Positions 26,911-37,473 of a stretch of 45,887 nucleotides of DNA are shown piece by piece. The translations under genes were made by a program, and so were the position numbers. The DNA is from an uncultured Candidatus Saccharibacteria bacterium (GTDB lineage Bacteria; Patescibacteriota; Minisyncoccia; Minisyncoccales; GWA2-38-27): the NCBI GenBank assembly GCA_964391095.1, contig CAYMJA010000005.1, positions 1-45,887 of the forward strand, read 5' to 3'. The stretch's first letter is position 1; the number at the start of each line of letters is the position of its first letter. Under the pieces are notes generated by a model. The model was not told the origin of the DNA and ran no database searches. It saw only the letters and a list, made by a program, of their open reading frames with translations.

Positions 26911-27774
26911 ATGTTAGAAGTTAATAGATCTATCTTAAAAGACATTTACAAAAAAAGGCCCGAAGATGCTAAAAAATATGATTATGGGCTATTATTAGTT
27001 ATCGGCGGTTCTGAGTTTTACAGCGGTTCACCCGCTTTATCTGCTTTGGCTGCTTTTAAAACAGGAGTAGATATGGTTAGAATCATCGCCCCTAAAAGAG
27101 CAGCTGATATAATCGCTTCTTTTGCTCCTGATTTAGCGGCTTACCCTATTGAAGGGGTTCGGTTGAACAAAGAACACTTAGGCACTTTAATTTCAATGAC
27201 AGAATCAGCTAAGGCTGTTGCCCGGGAAAATACAGCCGTAGTGATTGGTGGAGGAACGGGAAGATCAGAGGAAACTCAGGATGTAATTTTAGAATATTTA
27301 TCCCAAGTTGCTGTGCCTATTGTAATTGATGCTGATGGAATTCATGCTCTAAATAAGAACCCCGAAATTATATCCCAAAAACCTTTTTTAATCACCCCTC
27401 ATGCTTATGAGTTTTTTATTTTAACCGGGAAAGATGTATCCCAATTTTCCGACGAGAAAAAGATAAAAACAGTTCAAGAGGAAGCTGAACGCCTTCAAAC
27501 TACAATCCTACTTAAAGGCAAGACAGATATAATTTCTAATGGCCAAGAAGTTGCTCTATCAAAAACGGGTTCGCCTTTATTAACTGTTGGTGGAACAGGA
27601 GATACTTTAGCTGGGATTGCCGGAGCTTTAATGTCAAGAGGAATTAGTCCATTTGAAGCAGGTCAAGCCGCTGCTTTTATTAATGGGTCGGCCGGAAAAT
27701 TAGCAGCTAAAAAATTAGGGGAGTCAATAATGGCAACTGATTTAATTGAGGCAATTCCCGAAGTGTTAAAATAA
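26911..27774 (+). CDS. nnrD: ADP-dependent NAD(P)H-hydrate dehydratase
   Basis: IGGS..YSGSP, IDADG, ITPH..EF, LKG..D, GGTGDTLAG. Confidence 0.9.
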   Translation: MLEVNRSILKDIYKKRPEDAKKYDYGLLLVIGGSEFYSGSPALSALAAFKTGVDMVRIIAPKRAADIIASFAPDLAAYPIEGVRLNKEHLGTLISMTESAKAVARENTAVVIGGGTGRSEETQDVILEYLSQVAVPIVIDADGIHALNKNPEIISQKPFLITPHAYEFFILTGKDVSQFSDEKKIKTVQEEAERLQTTILLKGKTDIISNGQEVALSKTGSPLLTVGGTGDTLAGIAGALMSRGISPFEAGQAAAFINGSAGKLAAKKLGESIMATDLIEAIPEVLK

Positions 27775-27805
27775 AGACAATGCATAGTGTTTTAAATTCT
27801 GTTAT

Positions 27806-28723
27806 ATGTTTGACCTTATAATTATTGGTGGCGGACCGGCTGGTGTTACAGCCGGCATTTATGCCAGCCGGCAAAAATTAAATACTCTTTTAATTGCCAA
27901 AGGTTTCGGAGGTCAGGTAGCAAAAAAAGCTGTTGCTATTGAAAATTATCCTGGATTTAAAAAGATTTCAGGTCAGGATTTAGTTAAGAAATTTGAAGAC
28001 CATTTAAGAAAGCAGAAAGTTGAGATTAAAATTGATGAAGTAGAAAAAATTGAAAAAATAAATAATAATTTTTTAGTTGTCACTAAAAGTAAAAAAGAAT
28101 TTCAGGCAAAAACAATAATTGTCGCCTCAGGGGCTGACCCTCGCCTCTTGGAAGTACTCGGTGAAAAAGAATTTATAGGAAAAGGTTTAAGTTACTGCGC
28201 CATTTGTGATGGCGTTTTATTTGCCGATAAAATCGTGGCTGTGATTGGGGGAGGGGATGCTGGTTTCGAATCAGCAATATTTTTGTCAAATTATGTTAAA
28301 AAAATTTATATTTTAGAATACGGGTCAGAGGTTAAAGCGGATAAAACAAACCAGGAAATTGTAAAAAAGACTAAAAAAGCAGAAATAATAACAAATGCTG
28401 CCTTAAAAGAGATTAGAGGAGGAGAATTTGTAGAATCAGTAGTTTATGAAGATAGGGGAACTGAGGAAGAAAAAATCTTGCCTGTTGAGGGCATTTTTGT
28501 AGAAATTGGAACACAGCCGGCAACCTCATTTGTCAAAGATTTAGTTGAATTCAACGAGAAAGACGAAATAAAAGTTGAATTTGAGACCTATCAAACTAAG
28601 ACAACAGGTCTTTTCGCGGTGGGCGATGTAAATGTTGGCCAATATAAGCAAATTATCACTGCTTGCGGCGAAGGAGCCAAAGCCGCTTTAGCCGCTTATG
28701 GATATTTAAAAAGAACTCAATAA
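27806..28723 (+). CDS. trxB: Thioredoxin reductase
   Basis: GGGPAG, ENYPG, SYCAICDG, FAVGDV. Confidence 0.92.
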   Translation: MFDLIIIGGGPAGVTAGIYASRQKLNTLLIAKGFGGQVAKKAVAIENYPGFKKISGQDLVKKFEDHLRKQKVEIKIDEVEKIEKINNNFLVVTKSKKEFQAKTIIVASGADPRLLEVLGEKEFIGKGLSYCAICDGVLFADKIVAVIGGGDAGFESAIFLSNYVKKIYILEYGSEVKADKTNQEIVKKTKKAEIITNAALKEIRGGEFVESVVYEDRGTEEEKILPVEGIFVEIGTQPATSFVKDLVEFNEKDEIKVEFETYQTKTTGLFAVGDVNVGQYKQIITACGEGAKAALAAYGYLKRTQ

Positions 28724-28774
28724 TTTAGACTACGACCCACCCATTTCTCTTTATTCCACCATCCCATCTTAAAT

Positions 28775-30052
28775 ATGAAAAATTCTAAAATTAAATCAAT
28801 AGAAGCCAGAGAGATTTTAGATTCGCGGGGAGAGCCGACAATTGAGGTTGAATTGAAGACCGATTTAGGGATTTTTAGGGCTTCAGTGCCCTCAGGCGCA
28901 TCAAAAGGAAAATATGAGGCAAAAGAGTTGAGAGACAACGGAAAGAGATATTACGGAAAAGGGGTTTTAAGAGCAAATAAGAATATTAATGAAATTATTG
29001 CTCCAAAACTGAAAGATAAAAACTCGACCCAACAAAAAGAGATAGATGAATTGATGATTGAGTTAGACGGAACAGGGGATAAGTCAAATTTGGGCGCTAA
29101 TGCAATTTTGGCGGTCTCAATAGCAACCTGTCGAGCCGGCGCTGCGGCTAAGAATCTTTCTCTTTGGAAACACATTAATCAATTGTCCGAGAACGGTTCT
29201 CGTACCATTAGATTGCCAAGGCCTTGTTTTAATGTAATGAATGGGGGAGCCCATGCCGGAAATGATTTAGATATTCAAGAATTTATGGTTCTTCCCCGGG
29301 AAAAATCTTTTTCAGGAAACCTACAAATAGGAAGTGAAATTTATCATACTTTAAAGGCAGTTCTTCGAAAAGAACTTGGTGAACAAGCAACTAATATAGG
29401 AGATGAGGGGGGATTTGCTCCTTTGATTTCAAGAACTGAAGAAGCCCTAAATTTAATTGCTAAAGCTATTCAAAATCATCAAAATATGCTTTCCGCTTCG
29501 CTCCAAGATATTTCTGACCGAAATATAAAAATTGGTTTGGACTGCGCAGCTTCTCAATTTTACAAGGACAAAAAATATCAATTAGAAGGAACAGTTTTTA
29601 CCAAAGAAGGGCTTTTAGTTTTTTATCAAAGTTTTCTAAAAAACTATCCGATTATTTTTTTAGAAGACCCATTTTCAGAAGAAGATTGGCAGGGGTTTCA
29701 GGGAATTACCAAAGAGTTGGGGGAGAGGATAACTATTGTCGGGGACGACCTTTTAACTACTAATATTGAGAGGATAAAAAAAGCCCAAGATAAAAAGGCC
29801 TGTTCAGGACTTATTTTAAAACCAAATCAAATTGGAACTATTACTGAAACCCTTGAAGCAGTAAAATTAGCTAAATCCTTTAGATGGAAAATTATAGTTT
29901 CTCATCGGTCTGGAGATACTTGTGATGATTTTATTTCAGATTTAGCAGTTGGCATTGGAGCTGATTTTATTAAAGCCGGCGCTCCGGCTAGAGGAGAAAG
30001 AGTGGCTAAGTATAATAGATTGTTAAGGATAGAGGAAGAGTTGTTTAAATAA
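28775..30052 (+). CDS. eno: Enolase
   Basis: ILDSRG, VPSGAS, GDEGGFAP, SHRSG, ERVAKYNRLL. Confidence 0.97.
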   Translation: MKNSKIKSIEAREILDSRGEPTIEVELKTDLGIFRASVPSGASKGKYEAKELRDNGKRYYGKGVLRANKNINEIIAPKLKDKNSTQQKEIDELMIELDGTGDKSNLGANAILAVSIATCRAGAAAKNLSLWKHINQLSENGSRTIRLPRPCFNVMNGGAHAGNDLDIQEFMVLPREKSFSGNLQIGSEIYHTLKAVLRKELGEQATNIGDEGGFAPLISRTEEALNLIAKAIQNHQNMLSASLQDISDRNIKIGLDCAASQFYKDKKYQLEGTVFTKEGLLVFYQSFLKNYPIIFLEDPFSEEDWQGFQGITKELGERITIVGDDLLTTNIERIKKAQDKKACSGLILKPNQIGTITETLEAVKLAKSFRWKIIVSHRSGDTCDDFISDLAVGIGADFIKAGAPARGERVAKYNRLLRIEEELFK

Positions 30053-30071
30053 ATTTTGAATATATCTAACT

Positions 30072-30758
30072 ATGACTAAACTAATTTTACTAAGACATTT
30101 TAAATCTCAATGGAATTTAGAAAATAGATTTACTGGTTGGGTAGATGTTCCTTTAGCCAAAGACGGAGTTAAGAAAGTTAAATCAGTTGCTGAAAAAATA
30201 TTTAAATTTAAAATTGATGTTATTTATTCTTCTCCATTGGTTAGAAATCAAAATAGCGTTGTAAAAATTTTAGAATACGTTGATAAAAAATATCCTATTT
30301 TTATCCATCTTGATAAAGGCAAAATGAAAGAATGGGGAAATTTTAAAGAAATCAATAAGAACTATTTCCCGGTTTATATTTCAGAAAACTTAAACGAAAG
30401 GTATTATGGAAAATTACAGGGGCATAATAAAGATAAGATTATAAGAAAATATGGAGCAAAAAAGGTTCATCTTTGGCGTAGAGGTTTTGAGAATTGTCCT
30501 CCTGGTGGAGAAAGCTTCAAAGATACATTTAAAAGAGCTGTCCCTTTTTATCGTAAATATGTAGGAGGCGATTTGAGGCAAGGAAAAAATGTTCTAGTGG
30601 TTGCCAGTCACAACTCTTTAAGGGCATTGATAAAATATATTGAAAAAATATCTGATAAAGATATTATTGATGTTGAAGTGCCTTACGGTGGTTTGGTAAA
30701 ATACGAATTTGATAAGTCACTCAAATTAGAAAACAAAAAATACTTTAAACCCCATTAG
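30072..30758 (+). CDS. gpmA: 2,3-bisphosphoglycerate-dependent phosphoglycerate mutase
   Basis: LLRH..SQWNLENRFTGWVDV, LNERYYGKLQG, SHNSLRAL. Confidence 0.9.
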   Translation: MTKLILLRHFKSQWNLENRFTGWVDVPLAKDGVKKVKSVAEKIFKFKIDVIYSSPLVRNQNSVVKILEYVDKKYPIFIHLDKGKMKEWGNFKEINKNYFPVYISENLNERYYGKLQGHNKDKIIRKYGAKKVHLWRRGFENCPPGGESFKDTFKRAVPFYRKYVGGDLRQGKNVLVVASHNSLRALIKYIEKISDKDIIDVEVPYGGLVKYEFDKSLKLENKKYFKPH

Positions 30759-30850
30759 AGATTCTGGGGACAGAGAAAAAACATTAAAAGGAGGCATCTC
30801 TAACGAGGTAAGGAGTTGCCAAGAAATAAGTTTGTGATAATATTAAATTG

Positions 30851-31822
30851 ATGAAAAAAAATATAATACCAATAGCAGTTATTATTGCCGGTGTTTTAAT
30901 TGCCGGAGCAGTTGTTTATTTAAATTATCCCAAATGCCCGGAACCAAAAAACGGAACATCAATCGAGGGTAAAATACTATCTCCCCAAGAGGCGGGAGAG
31001 AAGGTTATTGATTTCATTAATCAGGACATTCTAAAAGGAGAATCCTTTGCTTCTTTGAATGAGATTCTTAAAGAAAACGGATTGTATAAAATAAAATTTA
31101 CTATTGAGGGACAAGAAATTGAAACTTATGTAACTCTCGATGGAAAATTTTTATTCCCTAAAGAGTCGGCAATAGACTTAGAACCGCTTGCGGCTAAGGA
31201 TATTCCCAAAACTGATATTCCAGACGTTAAACTTTTTGTAATGTCTTTTTGTCCCTATGGAAATCAAGCTGAAGAGTTGATGGTACCAGTGGTTGATCTT
31301 TTAGGAGATAAAACTAATATTCAAATTCATTATATTGTTTCTGAACCAGCTGATGGAGAATATGGTTCTTTGCATGGAGAACAAGAGCTTCATCAGGATA
31401 TTAGAGAGCTTTGCGTTAACAAATATCAAGAGGATAAATTTTGGGAGTTTGTGAAAGAGATAAATAAGAATTGTAATCCCCAAGATGTAGATAGCAAGTG
31501 GGAAAAAATAGCAACCGATATTGGAGTTGATGTTCAGAAAATAAAAGATTGCCAGAAGACAGAAAGGACAGATTTATTAGATAAAGAGATTGCGTTTAGC
31601 CAAAATGAGTATTTGGTCCAGAATCCAGCAAACCACCAGAATCAAGACAAAATAACCATTTCTGGTTCTCCGACTTTAGTTATAAATGGTATGGTTTATG
31701 ATGGAGAGAGGTCTTCAGAGGGATATAAAAATGGAATTTGTTCTGCTTTTAAAAATCCCCCTGAAGAGTGTAATGAAACTTTAGGCGGGACTTCAGAATC
31801 TGAAGGAATGGTTTGTGAGTAA
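30851..31822 (+). CDS. Membrane-anchored thioredoxin/DsbA-fold protein
   Basis: N-terminal TM helix; FVMSFCPYG, SLHG, GSPTLVING. Confidence 0.75.
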   Translation: MKKNIIPIAVIIAGVLIAGAVVYLNYPKCPEPKNGTSIEGKILSPQEAGEKVIDFINQDILKGESFASLNEILKENGLYKIKFTIEGQEIETYVTLDGKFLFPKESAIDLEPLAAKDIPKTDIPDVKLFVMSFCPYGNQAEELMVPVVDLLGDKTNIQIHYIVSEPADGEYGSLHGEQELHQDIRELCVNKYQEDKFWEFVKEINKNCNPQDVDSKWEKIATDIGVDVQKIKDCQKTERTDLLDKEIAFSQNEYLVQNPANHQNQDKITISGSPTLVINGMVYDGERSSEGYKNGICSAFKNPPEECNETLGGTSESEGMVCE

Positions 31823-31838
31823 AATTAACAAAATTGTT

Positions 31839-32078
31839 ATGCCGAGAGTAAAAGTATATTCAACTCAAATGTGTCCCTATTGCTCTACTCTAAAACAATT
31901 CTTAAAAGAGCATAATATTGAATTTGAAGATATTGATCCTTCTCAAGACAAAAAGGCATTAGATGAAATGGTTCAGAAATCGGGTCAGATGGGAGTGCCA
32001 GTAGTGGATATAGATGGAGAGATTGTTGTTGGCTTTGACAAAGAGAAAATTTGTGAATTGTTAAATATAAGAACCTGA
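31839..32078 (+). CDS. Glutaredoxin/NrdH-like redoxin
   Basis: CPYC, SGQMGVPV, VGFD. Confidence 0.9.
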   Translation: MPRVKVYSTQMCPYCSTLKQFLKEHNIEFEDIDPSQDKKALDEMVQKSGQMGVPVVDIDGEIVVGFDKEKICELLNIRT

Positions 32079-32175
32079 CTTCGCCGCGTCAGACGCGGCT
32101 TCGTCAGAACCTTGATTCGCTAAGGCATAGATACATAATCTTGAATTTGAAGAATTAAAATAATTTTTAATTTTT

Positions 32176-33186
32176 ATGTCAATCAAAATAGCTATTAATG
32201 GTTTTGGCCGGATAGGCCGACCAACATTTAGGCGAATATTAAAAAACCACCCTGATTTGGAAGTGAAGGCAATTAATGACCTAACAGATAATAAAACCCT
32301 GGCTCATCTTTTAAAATACGATTCTGTCTACGGAAAGTATGACCAAGAAGTGAAATTTGACCAGCAGAGTCTTACGGTTAAAGGAAAAAAATTTAGAGTT
32401 TTTGCCGAAAAAGAGCCGGAGAAGTTACCCTGGAAAAAATTAGGGGTGGACGTTGTTTTGGAGTGTACCGGAGTTTTTAGAAAATTTGAAGATGCGAAAA
32501 GACATATTACAGCCGGAGCCAAAAAAGTAATAATTTCAGCCCCCGGTAAAAGTCCAGAAATTCCGAGTTTTGTTTTAGGTGTAAATGAAGAAAAGTTTGA
32601 TTCCCAGAAAGATGAGATTATTGATATGGGCTCTTGCACCACGAATTGCTTGGCTCCGATAGTTAAAGTTTTAAATGATAATTTTGTAATTGAGAAAGGA
32701 TTTATGACCACTATTCATAGCTATACCACTGACCAGAGAATTTTGGATTTACCCCATAAAGACCTAAGAAGAGCCAGAGCATCGGCTTTAAATATTATTC
32801 CTACCACCACTGGAGCCGCCAAAGCCATAGGTCGGGTTATTCCAGAAGTTAAAGGAAAAATAGACGGAATTGCTATTAGGGTTCCCACTCCTGTTGTTTC
32901 TCTTTTAGACCTTGTTGTTCAGGTTCAAAAATCCAGCACAGCGGAGGAAGTAAACCAAACTTTTAAAAAAGCTTGCGGCCAGGAAAATTTTAAAGGCATT
33001 ATGAGGATAGAAAAAGAACCTCTGGTTTCCACAGATTATGTTGGTGATAGTTATTCTTCAATTGTTGATTTATCCCAGACAATGGTCAAAGATAATTTAA
33101 TTAAAGTAGTGAGCTGGTATGACAATGAATATGCTTACGCCTGCCGCTTAGCAGAATTCGCCGAGTATGTGGGAAGGAAGATTTAA
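32176..33186 (+). CDS. gap: Glyceraldehyde-3-phosphate dehydrogenase type I
   Basis: INGFGRIGR, SCTTNCLAP, WYDNE. Confidence 0.97.
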   Translation: MSIKIAINGFGRIGRPTFRRILKNHPDLEVKAINDLTDNKTLAHLLKYDSVYGKYDQEVKFDQQSLTVKGKKFRVFAEKEPEKLPWKKLGVDVVLECTGVFRKFEDAKRHITAGAKKVIISAPGKSPEIPSFVLGVNEEKFDSQKDEIIDMGSCTTNCLAPIVKVLNDNFVIEKGFMTTIHSYTTDQRILDLPHKDLRRARASALNIIPTTTGAAKAIGRVIPEVKGKIDGIAIRVPTPVVSLLDLVVQVQKSSTAEEVNQTFKKACGQENFKGIMRIEKEPLVSTDYVGDSYSSIVDLSQTMVKDNLIKVVSWYDNEYAYACRLAEFAEYVGRKI

Positions 33187-33262
33187 TTAATACCTGATAT
33201 TTCTGATTAAGGGTGAGCTTTTCACCCTTTTTTTATTTTTTAAAAAAGGATATAATAACATT

Positions 33263-33832
33263 ATGCAGAAAAAGATTCCAATTGAGATTTCAGCCCGGCA
33301 TATTCATTTGAGTCAGAAAGACCTAGAGGCGCTTTTTGGCAAAGGATATAAATTAAAGAAACTGAGAAATCTTACTCAACCAGATCAATTTGCTGCAAGA
33401 GAAACAGTAGATGTCCAAAACGGTTCAAAAAAAATTTCCAAAATAAGAATTGTAGGTCCTCTAAGAAAAGAAACACAGGTGGAATTGTCTTTAACTGATG
33501 CTATTCATTTAGAAATAAATCCTTTGATAAGAATCTCGGGAAATCTTAGAGGAACACCAGGAGTTATTTTAATAAGTCCTAAAAAGGAAATAAGAATTAA
33601 AAAAGGAGTGATTACTCCCTTGCGGCATATCCATTGCAGTCCTAAAGAAGCTAAAGAAATGAAACTGAAAGACAGGACATCAGTTTCAGTGAAAATTAGA
33701 GGTAAAAGGGCTCTGATTTTTCATAATGTCAAGATTCGGGTAGATAAAAATTTCCGGCTTTGTATGCACCTTGATACTGACGAAGGAAACGCCGCCGGAA
33801 TAATGAAAAGAGGAATAGGATACTTAATTTAA
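33263..33832 (+). CDS. pduL: PduL-type phosphate acyltransferase
   Basis: SARHIHLS, GP.RK.TQVE, RHIH, MHLDTDEGNAA. Confidence 0.9.
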   Translation: MQKKIPIEISARHIHLSQKDLEALFGKGYKLKKLRNLTQPDQFAARETVDVQNGSKKISKIRIVGPLRKETQVELSLTDAIHLEINPLIRISGNLRGTPGVILISPKKEIRIKKGVITPLRHIHCSPKEAKEMKLKDRTSVSVKIRGKRALIFHNVKIRVDKNFRLCMHLDTDEGNAAGIMKRGIGYLI

Positions 33833-33862
33833 AAGATACTTTTAATACTAACGAGTTAATAC

Positions 33863-34921
33863 ATGATACTTATTTTAAATTGCGGCAGTCAGTCAATAAA
33901 ATGGAAATTATTTGATAAGAAGAATTTAAAATTAATCAGAGGAGAAAAACAAGAAATTTTTGATTCAAAGAATTACAGTAGAATTTTAGCAGAAGAATTA
34001 GGCAGATTAAGAAAGTATCAAGATAGCATTCAGATAATTGGCCACCGGGTTGTTCACGGAGGAGAGAAATTCAGAAAACCCGTAAAAGTAAATAAGAAAA
34101 TCTTAAAAGAGTTGGAAAAATTTAATAAATTAGCTCCTTTACACAATCCTTTTAATATCTTGGGAATAAAGGTTGCCCAGAAAATTTTTCCCCGAGTTTC
34201 CCAGATTGCTGTGTTTGATACTGAGTTCTATGCTGATATGCCAAAAAGGGCCTATATTTATCCTTTACAGGAAAGGTTGAGAAAAAAATATGGCTTCCGA
34301 CGTTTTGGTTTTCACGGTATTTCTCATGAATATGCAGCCCGAACAGCAGCCGAGAAAGTTAAGAAAAAATTTAACAAATTAAAAATTATCAGTTGTCATT
34401 TAGGCGGGGGAGCCAGTATTACTGCCATAAAGAAGGGAAAAGTAATTGACACCTCAATGGGGTTTACTCCGATGGAGGGATTGGTAATGATGACTCGTCC
34501 CGGCGATATTGATACCGGCATTGTCTTAAGGTTAGCTGAAATTTTTTCTTTAAAAAGAACTAATAAAATCTTAAACTTTGAATCAGGAATAAAAGGAATT
34601 ACCGGAGAAAATAATATGTTGGAAGTTTTGAAAAAAGCCAAGAAGGGAAACAAGAAAGCAAAACTTGGCTTGGAAATATTTATTTATAGAATTCAGAAAT
34701 ATATTGGAGCTTATTTTGCTATCTTAGGAGGATGCGATTTATTAGTATTTACCGGGGCGATTGGCTCAGGTTCTCTTAAGGTTAGAAACAGGATTTGTAA
34801 AAACTTAAATATTTTAAAACCTGCCTCGCGGCAAAGCGGGAATACTAAAATTTTAGCTATAAAAACAGATGAAGAATTAGCAATAGCTAAAAAAATAAAA
34901 ATGTTCAAGACCCGACCTTGA
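33863..34921 (+). CDS. ackA: Acetate/propionate kinase
   Basis: LNCGS.S.K, GHRVVHGG, APLHNP, GFHGISH, SMGFTPMEG, TDEE. Confidence 0.93.
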   Translation: MILILNCGSQSIKWKLFDKKNLKLIRGEKQEIFDSKNYSRILAEELGRLRKYQDSIQIIGHRVVHGGEKFRKPVKVNKKILKELEKFNKLAPLHNPFNILGIKVAQKIFPRVSQIAVFDTEFYADMPKRAYIYPLQERLRKKYGFRRFGFHGISHEYAARTAAEKVKKKFNKLKIISCHLGGGASITAIKKGKVIDTSMGFTPMEGLVMMTRPGDIDTGIVLRLAEIFSLKRTNKILNFESGIKGITGENNMLEVLKKAKKGNKKAKLGLEIFIYRIQKYIGAYFAILGGCDLLVFTGAIGSGSLKVRNRICKNLNILKPASRQSGNTKILAIKTDEELAIAKKIKMFKTRP

Positions 34922-34931
34922 ACACTCGTTT

Positions 34932-37418
34932 ATGACTAAAAAATCACAAAAAAATATTTTATGGCTCAAAGATATCGATTTTAAAGATGTTCCTTTGGCA
35001 GGAGGAAAAAATGCTTCTTTAGGAGAGATGTTTAGAGAGCTTTCCAAAAAAGGAATAAATGTTCCCGATGGTTTTGTTCTCACTACCAAGGCCTATTGGA
35101 AGATTGTGAGAGTAAATAAGATTGATAAAAAATTAAAAACAATTTTTAAAAAATTTAATCCCAAGAGCATCAAAAGCCTTCAAGAAATTGGAAAGAAGTC
35201 CCGAAATCTCTTTTTGGAAGCAAAATTCCCTGAGGACATACAAAAAGAAATTTCAGAGAGCTATCGTAAATTAGCAAAAAAATATGGTGAAAATCTTGAT
35301 GTTGCGGTTCGTTCCTCAGGTGTTTGCGAGGATATGCCGGAAGCTTCTTTTGCAGGACAATTTGAGACCTTTTTAAATATTTCTGGAGAGGAAAATTTGT
35401 TGAAAGCAATTAAAAAATGCCTGGCTTCAACATTTAATGACCGGGTTATTTCTTATCGCCAGGAAAAGAAAATCTCCCAATTAAAATTTGCTCTTTCGGT
35501 TGGAATTATAAAAATGGTGAGGTCAGATTTAGCTTCTTCGGGAATAATTTTTACCCTGGATACTGAAACGGGTTTCCCTAATGTTGTTTTAATTAATTCA
35601 ATATGGGGGATAGGGGAAATGATTGTAAAGGGAAACATTACCCCAGATGAGTTTTATGTTTTTAAACCGACCCTTGCAAAGGGTTTTAAATCAATCATTG
35701 TTAAAAATTTAGGTAGAAAATCAAGAAAATATGTTTATGCCAGAAAAGGCGGGTTAAAAGAAATAAGAGTAGATCCTCAAGAACAGTTAAAATTTTCTTT
35801 AACTGACCAGGAAATTTTAACTCTTGCTAAATGGGCTGTTTTACTTGAGGAGCATTATTCGAAAAAGGCAAAAAAATGGATGCCCCAGGATATTGAATGG
35901 GCAAAAGACGGAAAAACAGGAGAACTTTTTATTGTTCAATCAAGACCAGAGACCATTCATACCTCGAAAAACAAAACAGTTTACAAAGAATATGAGATAG
36001 GAACTAAGAAAAGACCGATTTTAAAGGGTATTGCCATTGGAGACAAAATTGGGCTCGGAACAGTAAGAGTAATTTCTGATGTTTCAAAAATTAGCCAATT
36101 CAAAAAAGGAGAAGTATTAGTAACTAAAATGACCGACCCGGATTGGACGACAATTATGACTATGGCTTCAGCTATTATTACTGATGAGGGGGGCAAAACC
36201 TGTCATTCAGCGATTGTTGCTCGAGAATTGGGCATTCCCTGTGTTGTTGGCACTGAAAAAGCTACCAAGATTTTGAAGACAGGCCAAATAGTAACCGTAG
36301 ATTGCACTCAGGGTTTAAACGGGAGAATTTATGCCGGAAGAATTCTTTTTAGAATAAAAAAATACGATTTAAAAAAAATTCCCAAATTAAAGACAAAAAT
36401 AAGAACCCGCTCGCTGCGCTCGCGGAACCTTGTTTCCGGCAAGGTAGAAAATTATATTCCGAAAATAATGATGAATATCGGCGCTCCAGATATCGCTTTC
36501 AAGAGCTCTTTTTTACCAAATGCCGGTGTGGGTTTAGCCAGAGAAGAATTTATAATTGCCGAAAAAATTCGGGTTCACCCCTTAGCCCTTTACCATTTTA
36601 AAAATCTAAAAAACCAGAAGTTAAAAAAGGCAATCGCAGAGATAACCATTGAGCATAAAGATAAAAAAGAATTTTTTATAAAAGAATTAGCTGAAGGAAT
36701 TGCCCAGATAGCTGCTGCGTTTTATCCCAAAGAGGTAATTGTTAGATTTTCCGATTTTAAAACAAATGAATACAAAAATTTAATTGGGGGAAAACTTTTT
36801 GAAAGAGAGGAAGCCAATCCTATGCTTGGATTTAGAGGGGCTTCTCGCTACATCGATGAAACTTTTCAGCCAGCATTTAAAATGGAATTAGAAGCGATAA
36901 AAAGGGCAAGAAATCTATTTGGTCTAAAAAATATTAATCTAATGGTGCCTTTCTGCCGAACCATAGAGGAAGGCAAAAAGGTTATAGAATTAATGGAAAA
37001 AAATGGCTTAGCTAAGGGTAAAGACGGATTGAAGGTTTATGTAATGTGCGAAATTCCCTCTAATGTTATTTTAGCTGATGAATTTTTAAAGATTTTTGAC
37101 GGAATGAGTATTGGTTCTAACGACTTAACTCAATTGTCTTTAGGTCTTGATAGAGACAATGCCCAAATCGCCTATATTGGAGATGAAAGAAATCCTACTA
37201 TAAAGAAGATGGTAGCTAAGGTGATACAATTATGTAAGACGAAGAATAAATACTGCGGAATTTGCGGCCAGGCACCCTCGGATTTACCGGACTTTGCCGA
37301 ATTTTTAGTAAAAGAAGGAATTGAAAGTATGTCTCTGAGTCCTGATACCGTTATTAAAACAATTTTGAATTTATCCAAAAATAAAAAACAGAAGACAAAG
37401 AACAGAAAACAGAAATAA
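34932..37418 (+). CDS. ppsA: Phosphoenolpyruvate synthase
   Basis: GGKNASLGEM, DIEWAKDG, TCHSAIVARELG, SIGSNDLTQL, GICGQAPSD. Confidence 0.95.
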   Translation: MTKKSQKNILWLKDIDFKDVPLAGGKNASLGEMFRELSKKGINVPDGFVLTTKAYWKIVRVNKIDKKLKTIFKKFNPKSIKSLQEIGKKSRNLFLEAKFPEDIQKEISESYRKLAKKYGENLDVAVRSSGVCEDMPEASFAGQFETFLNISGEENLLKAIKKCLASTFNDRVISYRQEKKISQLKFALSVGIIKMVRSDLASSGIIFTLDTETGFPNVVLINSIWGIGEMIVKGNITPDEFYVFKPTLAKGFKSIIVKNLGRKSRKYVYARKGGLKEIRVDPQEQLKFSLTDQEILTLAKWAVLLEEHYSKKAKKWMPQDIEWAKDGKTGELFIVQSRPETIHTSKNKTVYKEYEIGTKKRPILKGIAIGDKIGLGTVRVISDVSKISQFKKGEVLVTKMTDPDWTTIMTMASAIITDEGGKTCHSAIVARELGIPCVVGTEKATKILKTGQIVTVDCTQGLNGRIYAGRILFRIKKYDLKKIPKLKTKIRTRSLRSRNLVSGKVENYIPKIMMNIGAPDIAFKSSFLPNAGVGLAREEFIIAEKIRVHPLALYHFKNLKNQKLKKAIAEITIEHKDKKEFFIKELAEGIAQIAAAFYPKEVIVRFSDFKTNEYKNLIGGKLFEREEANPMLGFRGASRYIDETFQPAFKMELEAIKRARNLFGLKNINLMVPFCRTIEEGKKVIELMEKNGLAKGKDGLKVYVMCEIPSNVILADEFLKIFDGMSIGSNDLTQLSLGLDRDNAQIAYIGDERNPTIKKMVAKVIQLCKTKNKYCGICGQAPSDLPDFAEFLVKEGIESMSLSPDTVIKTILNLSKNKKQKTKNRKQK

Positions 37419-37473
37419 AAAATATTGTTTATCAAGATACTGTTCGCTGTTCATTGTTCGCTGTTCATTGATT

